Below are positions 7,787 through 13,882 of a DNA stretch of 15,100 nt, one piece after another; the stretch's first letter is position 1; each line of letters begins with the position of its first letter. A program made the position numbers and the translations under genes. A model generated the notes under the pieces. It had not been told where the DNA came from. It searched no databases and worked only from the letters and a program-made list of their open reading frames with translations. Origin of the DNA: a virus (taxonomy: Duplodnaviria > Heunggongvirae > Uroviricota > Caudoviricetes); IMG/VR virus record IMGVR_UViG_3300015174_000024; one strand, written 5' to 3'.

Positions 7787-8059
7787 TTATCTGTCCTGGT
7801 AATTTCGCCATATTTCATTACCAGCACCATCCATACCCATTTCGGCATAAGTGCGATCGACCGCCTTTTTCAGGTCTCCGTAGTTATCCGGCGGCTCCGG
7901 TGGCCTCTGTGCCTTCCTGGAACATTCCAGCCGTCGCATCGTGATGTGATGCCGTTCCTTGTCTGTCTCCACCAGTTGCATGACTTCACCCCATCGCGCC
8001 GACGCTCTCCGGTAAAAGCCTTTCGCCTCCAGTTCTTCCGCTATGCGGTCATGTACCAT
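7787..8059 (-). CDS. PerC-family transcriptional regulator (Pch-like)
   Basis: About 90 aa; N-terminal AEELEAKGFYRRASARW resembles the PerC/Pch motif as I recall it. ATG 8059 has a GAGGGG SD; the ORF track starts at GTG 8068. Confidence 0.5.
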   Translation of the reverse strand: MVHDRIAEELEAKGFYRRASARWGEVMQLVETDKERHHITMRRLECSRKAQRPPEPPDNYGDLKKAVDRTYAEMGMDGAGNEIWRNYQDR

Positions 8060-8071
8060 CGTCCCCACCCC

Positions 8072-8482
8072 TCAGAACGGAATATCATCACCGTAAGGGT
8101 CATCGCCTCCCGCTGGTGGCTGATTACCCTGTGTGCCTGTGGTCTTGCGTCGGCTCCCACCAGGACGTGCCGCACGGGCACTGATTACGCTGTCTGCAAT
8201 AACCTGATAACCCTGCCGCGTTTCCCCGTTCTGTCCGGTCCACTGGCTGACCTGCATCGTGCCGGATACGCTGGCAACGTCGCCTTTTTGATGTTTAGCC
8301 AGGAAGTCGGCCTGCTTACCAAATGCGATGACCGATAGCCATAACGTCGCCTGTCCATCCTGTGCCTGGCTGCATGGCAGCGATACCGCCATACGCGCCA
8401 GCGTCATCGGTGTACCCTTGCTGGTCTGTTTTACCTGCGGGTCGTCCACCAGCCGCCCGTAAGCTGCTATCTGTGCTGTCAT
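8072..8482 (-). CDS. ssb: single-stranded DNA-binding protein
   Basis: 136 aa; OB-fold-like core (WLSVIAFGK), Gly/Pro-rich linker and the diagnostic acidic C-terminus ending DDIPF; ATGA overlap with the upstream gene. Confidence 0.8.
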   Translation of the reverse strand: MTAQIAAYGRLVDDPQVKQTSKGTPMTLARMAVSLPCSQAQDGQATLWLSVIAFGKQADFLAKHQKGDVASVSGTMQVSQWTGQNGETRQGYQVIADSVISARAARPGGSRRKTTGTQGNQPPAGGDDPYGDDIPF

Positions 8483-8757
8483 GATTCCACCTCTCCGGTT
8501 TTAACGTTGATGGTTGTTACCTGTTCCGCTTCGGCAATCTCCCGCTCTGTCAGCGTGGCAAAATTTGCCGCCGTCGTGGTCATGAATGCGCTTATCAGTT
8601 CGGGATGTGCTTTCGCGTATCCTTCCCCCGCGTGGCGGTCTATCGTTCTGATTGCCACCTTTAAAGCGTGCTCTGTCATGTCTAACGCGCGATATTTCGG
8701 TTCTGTTCTGTCTCTGCGTTTTTTGAGTGATTTATTAAATTTCCCTGAAGTGTGCAT
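8479..8757 (-). CDS. hypothetical protein, 92 aa
   Basis: ATG 8757 with a GAGGGGG SD about 12 nt upstream; first gene after the iteron region; coupled to ssb. Confidence 0.45.
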   Translation of the reverse strand: MHTSGKFNKSLKKRRDRTEPKYRALDMTEHALKVAIRTIDRHAGEGYAKAHPELISAFMTTTAANFATLTEREIAEAEQVTTINVKTGEVES

Positions 8758-8805
8758 ATTTATTTTTACCCCCTCGTTTAAAAAGTTTTGAGTTGTGCCT
8801 CCCCT

Positions 8806-9032
8806 TGTCTACCTTATCTACCTTAGTGGCCCTCATACCAGTAATGGCGCGGCTTTCAGCGGGGTAGAGTGCTTTTATCCACTATCTACCCCGTGTCTAC
8901 CTCCCTGTCTGATTCAGGTAAAATCAGGTAGAGAGGGTAGATAGTGGGTAGACAGTAAAAAAAGGTTATCTACCTAACTTAATGCACTGAATTAAATGTA
9001 TTTTTCTTTACTCAGGTAGACAGGGTAGACAG
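8806..9032. repeat. iteron array (about 11 copies of GGTAGAnA / TnTCTACC in both orientations) with an AT-rich stretch; candidate replication origin
   Basis: Octamers at 8806, 8815, 8863 (partial), 8884, 8894, 8927, 8937, 8948, 8967, 9015, 9024; AT-rich segment 8975-9012; lies immediately downstream of the primase gene. Confidence 0.55.
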
Positions 9033-9045
9033 CAATTACAAAAAA

Positions 9046-10800
9046 TTATAAAAACGCGTCGCACTCGTCTGTTGTTATTGCGTTAGTCTGCGTTACTCCC
9101 TTAACTTTCCGCGTAATATATTCATGTCCGTAAACTTTCGCGGCTGGCTTCATAGCCTTGCCAAAGTCATTTACGTTTAGCGGTTTGCTCCTGCCTGCGT
9201 ACGCCATAAACGCCAGATAGACGCGGTAAAGGCTGTTTCTGGTCGTGTACTTCACTGAATCGCCACCGCCGCCCATCATCAGGCCGCGTGCTTCCTCCAG
9301 AAAATTCAGGAACTGGCAAAACTCAATAACCGGATCCGTCTGTTGCTTTATTGCCAGAGCTTCATCACCGTCACGCTGTTCCAGTAGTAAAGCCCGTGCC
9401 TTCTCAGGGTCGGTAAAGTTCGCCAGCAATCGGCGGATAATGACAGGGATTTCAGCCGCGATCTTTTCCGGTAGCTCCCTGTCTTTTTCGGCCTCACTGA
9501 CGATATTGTCGAAACGGAAAATCACGCGACGACGTGCCACACCTCCGGCCCGTTCGGTGAATATCATCGGGTTATTGTTGGTCGCCAGCACCACCGCCCT
9601 GATTACCGCCGTGAAACGCTTTTCGTATTTCGGGTTAATTTCCACGGGGTCACCGCCCGTGATTTTCTTGATGCCCGTTCCTTCGCCTGTATATTTCGGC
9701 TGGTCAGCCAGGACGATAAGACGACTCCCGACAACCTGCGCACGTCCACCAGCATCATCAAGCGATGTCATTTCAGCGCTTACCGTGTTCTGTTTCCCTG
9801 CCAGAAGGCTGGCTATGTGTGTGAATGTACTTTTACCGCTCCCGCCGTCTCCGGTGGCCTCAATAAACATCTGCCAGTCGTACCGGTTCGCCATAATCAT
9901 GTACAGCGCGGCACATATACGCATCATCTTGCGCGGGTCTTTTCCGGCTGCGTGCTCAAGCCATTTATGAAAGTTTGGCGCGTTATCGCGGATGTTCTCC
10001 CCTGGTGCTGGTGGCGTGTACTCAATGCCGTTGTGCGTGGTGATCCAGTTCTCCGGCGTGTGCGGGGAAAATTCCCCCGTTTTCAGGTCAAGCGCACCAT
10101 TGGCGAACGGCAACAAATCGCCGGACGGCTCGCCCATTGGTTCGGCAATAACTTTTAACGCTTCCACGGCGTTATTGATTACGCGCTTGCTGAAAGTGGC
10201 CCTGTGCTCTGAATAGATCGCCACCATTTCGCGGCTAAGTTCCATTGTGCTGACCGGACACCATACCCCGCCGCGCCATACGTGAACGATTTCACTTTCA
10301 GGATGTACGCAAACGCCATCAAAGCGATCGGCAAGCAGCTGCGCGCGCTCACTGTCCGCCATCTGCGAAAGTTGCGCCTTTTGCTTTACCGGAAGCTCAA
10401 TGACCAGACCATCAGAAAGATTCTGGCGCTCACGGGCCAGATATTCGCGCCAGTTCTCCACCTTCTGACCGTGCATACCATCAGGGTAAAAATTTGCATC
10501 CTGTACGCCTGCCGCCGCCAGCTTCTGACCAATCCCCTTTATCATTACTGGCGCAAGATATCCGGCCCTGAATATGCGCACGGATTCTCTGCCTTCCGGC
10601 ACAATTTGCAGCTTATCCAGTTCGGATAACTGCTGCTCCCCAAGCCACACAGGAGGCTCATTATCTCCGGCCATACGCGCGTCATGTTCCTGCCATTGTT
10701 TTGCGTGTGACCAGGCATCACTACCCGCAAAAATAATGACTTCTGTTTCTTTGTGTTTTATGCCGCGTGACTGCTGTTTTACGTTCGGTGCCAGTTTCAT
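9046..10800 (-). CDS. primase/helicase replication protein (P4-alpha-like, Pri-Rep)
   Basis: 584 aa; central Walker A GDGGSGKST and a D5-like NTPase region, with an N-terminal primase-like domain; ATGA overlap with the upstream small ORF. Confidence 0.85.
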   Translation of the reverse strand: MKLAPNVKQQSRGIKHKETEVIIFAGSDAWSHAKQWQEHDARMAGDNEPPVWLGEQQLSELDKLQIVPEGRESVRIFRAGYLAPVMIKGIGQKLAAAGVQDANFYPDGMHGQKVENWREYLARERQNLSDGLVIELPVKQKAQLSQMADSERAQLLADRFDGVCVHPESEIVHVWRGGVWCPVSTMELSREMVAIYSEHRATFSKRVINNAVEALKVIAEPMGEPSGDLLPFANGALDLKTGEFSPHTPENWITTHNGIEYTPPAPGENIRDNAPNFHKWLEHAAGKDPRKMMRICAALYMIMANRYDWQMFIEATGDGGSGKSTFTHIASLLAGKQNTVSAEMTSLDDAGGRAQVVGSRLIVLADQPKYTGEGTGIKKITGGDPVEINPKYEKRFTAVIRAVVLATNNNPMIFTERAGGVARRRVIFRFDNIVSEAEKDRELPEKIAAEIPVIIRRLLANFTDPEKARALLLEQRDGDEALAIKQQTDPVIEFCQFLNFLEEARGLMMGGGGDSVKYTTRNSLYRVYLAFMAYAGRSKPLNVNDFGKAMKPAAKVYGHEYITRKVKGVTQTNAITTDECDAFL

Positions 10801-11096
10801 TTTTTACCCCTGAATCCGTTAATCATGGTTTTCAGCTTCTGGATGTTTGCCCGTGCCCTGGCGTTGCTGGTGGACACGTTATGCGGCGCGGTCTGTACCA
10901 GAGAAAAATCACGCCGGAACTGATAAACAGGCATCACGCAATCATATTCGTAACCTTCACGGCGGTAGGTTACGCGCCGTTCTTCCACGCCCTTAATCAT
11001 TACCGTGCCGCCGTACTGGTCGCGGTAAATATCGCCGCGCGTAAATTTAGGGTGAGTGTTGCCACTGGCAGTTAAGCCAGAATATTTAAGTTTCAT
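10797..11096 (-). CDS. hypothetical protein, 99 aa
   Basis: GGAGA SD 9 nt upstream of the ATG; translationally coupled to primase. Confidence 0.5.
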   Translation of the reverse strand: MKLKYSGLTASGNTHPKFTRGDIYRDQYGGTVMIKGVEERRVTYRREGYEYDCVMPVYQFRRDFSLVQTAPHNVSTSNARARANIQKLKTMINGFRGKK

Positions 11097-11101
11097 TATT
11101 T

Positions 11102-11335
11102 TTATTCTCCGGTGTGCTGTTCTTTATATCTGTCGTGCAATAGATCTATTTCTTGCAGTTCCATTATTACAGGCTCAAGAAGCGTTATTAATGCCGTGGC
11201 AATTCTTGATTTTTGTTTGTCGCGTTCATTGTCGCCAAGTGTTTCAAGCCATATGCGCAATATTTCCAGCATGTTTTCACTGTGAGAAAGTGCAAGAAAT
11301 GCGCGGTCTATTGTTTCGTGGTAAATATCACGCAT
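11102..11335 (-). CDS. hypothetical protein, 77 aa
   Basis: GAGGA SD; overlaps the upstream gene stop. Confidence 0.5.
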   Translation of the reverse strand: MRDIYHETIDRAFLALSHSENMLEILRIWLETLGDNERDKQKSRIATALITLLEPVIMELQEIDLLHDRYKEQHTGE

Positions 11336-11561
11336 GGCTTACATCCTCAGGAAATTTTCTTCTATAACGCGCCTCTGCCACATATTCCGCATAATCGGCG
11401 GCGATATTCAGTACATCAAGCCCCGTTGATTTATATTCTCTCGTGGAAAGTAAGAAAAAAGCCGCTCTAATAAGTTCTGGCATTGACGAAAGCGCATCAG
11501 CCGCATCATCAGGAACGCCGGAAAATTCCTGTTTCAGGGAATTAAAACGATCATCACGCAT
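11328..11561 (-). CDS. hypothetical protein, 77 aa
   Basis: GGGGGG SD 5 nt upstream; overlaps neighbours. Confidence 0.5.
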   Translation of the reverse strand: MRDDRFNSLKQEFSGVPDDAADALSSMPELIRAAFFLLSTREYKSTGLDVLNIAADYAEYVAEARYRRKFPEDVSHA

Positions 11562-11919
11562 GTTTACCCCCCTGAATGACCTGATAACCGCAACTGGTCA
11601 GCAACTCGATAAATTCCGGCAGTGTGCCGAAACAGCAATCATCACGCAGCCGTTCACAGGATACCTCGACGCCGTTTTCGTAGTGACTCACCATACATCC
11701 GGTAAAATGCAGATCATCATCGTGATGGCTCGTTGACGGCTTAATCAGTCGCGCACGTTCCGCCAGTTCCAGCAATGCTTCAACGCTTCCGGCAATTGCA
11801 CCATCCGGCAGGTGATAATTACGCACTATGCGCCCGTTCTCCACATTGACCAGCAACTGCCCGGTAAATTTCTCATCAAACTGAATGCTGTTAAGGTCAG
11901 AAATTGACAGATTATGCAT
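11554..11919 (-). CDS. hypothetical protein, about 121 aa
   Basis: Start placed at ATG 11919 (MHNLSI...), which has an AGGAGGTG SD and overlaps the upstream stop; the ORF-track start at 11937 lacks one. Confidence 0.5.
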   Translation of the reverse strand: MHNLSISDLNSIQFDEKFTGQLLVNVENGRIVRNYHLPDGAIAGSVEALLELAERARLIKPSTSHHDDDLHFTGCMVSHYENGVEVSCERLRDDCCFGTLPEFIELLTSCGYQVIQGGKHA

Positions 11920-12136
11920 GGTGCACCTCCTGCACATCAGCCATGATAATTTTTCCGGCCTTATCCAGTGCCTGATCGGCTTTTAGCTGCACAAATGCTA
12001 AATAATGGAAGATGCATTCTGATTCTCTGGCTGCGTGTTTATGCGCCCTGTCAGCAATAACAGAAATATCAATAAGCGCGTGCATCAGCGTAGTGAGCGC
12101 GGCGGCGGCTGCGTCCGGTGTGGTTTTATTGCACAT
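11912..12136 (-). CDS. hypothetical protein, about 74 aa
   Basis: Start placed at ATG 12136 (MCNKTT...) with an AGGAGG SD; the ORF-track start at 12178 is further upstream. Confidence 0.5.
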   Translation of the reverse strand: MCNKTTPDAAAAALTTLMHALIDISVIADRAHKHAARESECIFHYLAFVQLKADQALDKAGKIIMADVQEVHHA

Positions 12137-12326
12137 GGCACACCTCCTGACGAATACGGGCGGCGAATACAGCAACACAACCGGACGGGCAACGGCTACG
12201 CGCTTCGCGTTCCGTCCAGGCGGTTACGTGGATGATTTGAGATTCTCCGGCACTTAGTGCCAGAAAACGCCACACAAAGGCAGTTTGTGTGTGCGCCAGA
12301 CGTGGGGTATGCTGTGTTCCAGCCAT
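12126..12326 (-). CDS. hypothetical protein, 66 aa, first gene of the leftward operon
   Basis: ATG 12326 preceded by AGGAG 8 nt upstream; it is the in-frame C-terminal part of an implausible 378-aa ORF-track call. Confidence 0.45.
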   Translation of the reverse strand: MAGTQHTPRLAHTQTAFVWRFLALSAGESQIIHVTAWTEREARSRCPSGCVAVFAARIRQEVCHVQ

Positions 12327-12435
12327 AATCGTTACTCCTGTTAACGGTTTGGTTAGACGCCCCGCTACTGCCGCAAACAGTTCGGGGCGTTGTCGTTTAC
12401 ATCCTCTTACTGAGGTGTGATTTAAATTAAATTCA

Positions 12436-12491
12436 ACTGAATCACAGGTCAAGTGTTTTTTGTGATTCTTTTTTGTGTATACTGAATCACA
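12436..12491. promoter_or_regulatory. divergent promoter/operator region: GAATCACA at 12439-12446 and 12484-12491, inverted copy TGTGATTC at 12461-12468
   Basis: Read directly. Inverted pair has a 14-bp spacer and overlaps a minus-strand TTGACC -35-like hexamer (revcomp of 12450-12455); the third copy abuts a plus-strand TATACT -10-like hexamer (12478-12483). Confidence 0.5.
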
Positions 12492-12513
12492 TCTTTTGTT
12501 TAGGAGAATGCAC

Positions 12514-12819
12514 ATGGCAAAAAACACTATCAACGACAAATCAAAACAGATTTCAATTCGTATCCCACATGATGCTTTTGATGGCATGGAATCCGTAAAA
12601 CTGGACGGCGAAAGCAACGCCGGATTCATAGTAACCGCCATGCGCGGGGAGATCGCCCGCCGCCAGGCAGAAGGAAGCAGTGAAAATCCTCTGATTTCTT
12701 CTCTCGATGCATTGGCGCAAGTGGAAAAAATTGGTATTAAAGCTACGGAAGAACTCGGGCAACTTATCGCCATCGCTCGTGAAGAACTACAGCGCCGCAA
12801 GGCCAAAGAATCAGAATAA
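12514..12819 (+). CDS. ribbon-helix-helix-like DNA-binding protein (candidate island repressor)
   Basis: AGGAG at 12502-12506, ATG at 12514; N-terminus KQISIRIPHDAFDGME...GFIVTAMRGEIARRQ fits a beta-strand/helix/helix pattern; divergently placed from the replication operon. Confidence 0.5.
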   Translation: MAKNTINDKSKQISIRIPHDAFDGMESVKLDGESNAGFIVTAMRGEIARRQAEGSSENPLISSLDALAQVEKIGIKATEELGQLIAIAREELQRRKAKESE

Positions 12820-12876
12820 TCACTATCAGCGCCGTGGTGTGAGGTATTACGGCGCATTGCTATGCAGGACAACACA

Positions 12877-13050
12877 ATGACCGATAAAGAATTGACCAAA
12901 ACATTATCACCGGCACGGAAAAGACGGCGCAGAAAGATAGAGCATGAATCAGAAAGATTCGCGCCATGTGCTTTTGCCCTTGAGCAATTCCTTAAAGAAT
13001 ACAGGGAAAAGCGCTCATTGCAGGTATGGCAACGAACTGAACCAGACTGA
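12877..13050 (+). CDS. small basic hypothetical protein (about 58 aa)
   Basis: Weak SD; Arg/Lys-rich (RKRRRRK); follows the RHH gene on the same strand. An alternative ATG lies at 12862. Confidence 0.3.
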   Translation: MTDKELTKTLSPARKRRRRKIEHESERFAPCAFALEQFLKEYREKRSLQVWQRTEPD

Positions 13051-13144
13051 TTGCATTGCCCACCAGCCTGATAGCGGCTATCATCCCCGTGCTTATGTTT
13101 GGGATCACACACACAAACGGCGCAGCGGGTTATCTGTTCAGAAA

Positions 13145-13174
13145 GGCGGCTACATTTCGGGGCCGCTTTTTTTA
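13145..13174 (+). terminator. rho-independent terminator ending the short rightward transcription unit
   Basis: GGCGGC ... GCCGC stem followed by TTTTTTT on the plus strand. Confidence 0.45.
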
Positions 13175-13319
13175 TGCCTGAAAAACCCCAATTTTGTGGT
13201 TTTCCAGTCTCACCAGGGCGAACGAATCCCCGCCCACGTTCTGGCGTATATTCAATCTTCATGGTTATAGCTCTGTGTTCAGATGATTGATGTGTGGCGG
13301 CTGCGTGCCGCCAGCGTGA

Positions 13320-13508
13320 TTAATGAACTGCCTTGCAGCTATCCTTCCAGGCCAGAACCTCGGATAAAGACCAGCCAACGGAACGACCGCTAAGTTTACG
13401 ACGTGATGGGAATTGTCCGGCCTTTTCCAGGCGGTAGCGGCATGAGCGGCTAAGGCCTGTTAGCTTTTCGCATTCTTTTTCACGTATAAACCGATCAGTG
13501 CTTAACAC
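13320..13508 (-). CDS. alpA: AlpA-family (Xis/Vis-like) regulator/excisionase
   Basis: 62 aa; LTGLSRS..YRL..G.FP....L....VGW...EV..W pattern; GTG start with AAGGGGG SD; located next to int. Confidence 0.8.
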   Translation of the reverse strand: MLSTDRFIREKECEKLTGLSRSCRYRLEKAGQFPSRRKLSGRSVGWSLSEVLAWKDSCKAVH

Positions 13509-13789
13509 TATTGCCCCCTTTCGTTTCTTAAAGAGTTATTTCGTGTTCTATTGCGTTGGGATGTGTCTGATTGTGTCAGGATGATTCAGAGTTGGCAAAT
13601 GTTGAGGTCGCATGGTTTACAGAAAGAGGAATAATCAGGATAAAATCATTTAAATTCATGTTAATACAAAGGCATAAAATATTGTTTCATGCCTTTTTTC
13701 TCGCTATTTAAAGAGTGATTCGCTAGTGTATAAAAAACCAGTAACACATTAAAAATCAGCTACTTATAAATCCGTACACTTTTTCGCCT

Positions 13790-13836
13790 CTTGTTCGTAG
13801 TTGTTCCGCATTGTTGCTCATTGTTGCACGTTGTAT
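13790..13836. repeat. five 10-bp-phased repeats (plus strand TTGTTcgtag/TTGTTccgca/TTGTTgctca/TTGTTgcacg/TTGTAtctgt; minus strand GAACAA-type) just 3' of int
   Basis: Read directly; related to the GAACAA arrays at 251-281 and 7714-7740 but in opposite orientation. Confidence 0.6.
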
Positions 13837-13882
13837 CTGTTCGCATATCCAGCATGCGCATACTGAAAAAACACGAAAAAAA

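Noticed and set aside
8806-9032. Possible CRISPR array
   Set aside because: Repeats are 8-mers in both orientations with irregular spacing and no spacer-repeat regularity; this is an iteron pattern, not CRISPR.
9245-9970. 241-aa plus-strand ORF
   Set aside because: Antisense to the well-supported primase/helicase gene; Ser/Arg/Pro-rich composition typical of a shadow ORF.
12126-13262. 378-aa minus-strand ORF in the six-frame track
   Set aside because: Cys/Ser/Arg-rich, low-complexity translation that runs antisense through the RHH gene, the small plus-strand ORF and the AT-rich operator region. Only its last 66 codons (12126-12326), which have their own AGGAG ribosome site, look genuine.
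12944-13270. 108-aa plus-strand ORF
   Set aside because: Reads straight through a good plus-strand terminator hairpin and T-run; no ribosome site.
13295-13313. Hairpin TGGCGGC-tgcgt-GCCGCCA just after the alpA stop as an intrinsic terminator
   Set aside because: Perfect 7-bp stem but no U-run on either strand; at most a pause or processing site.
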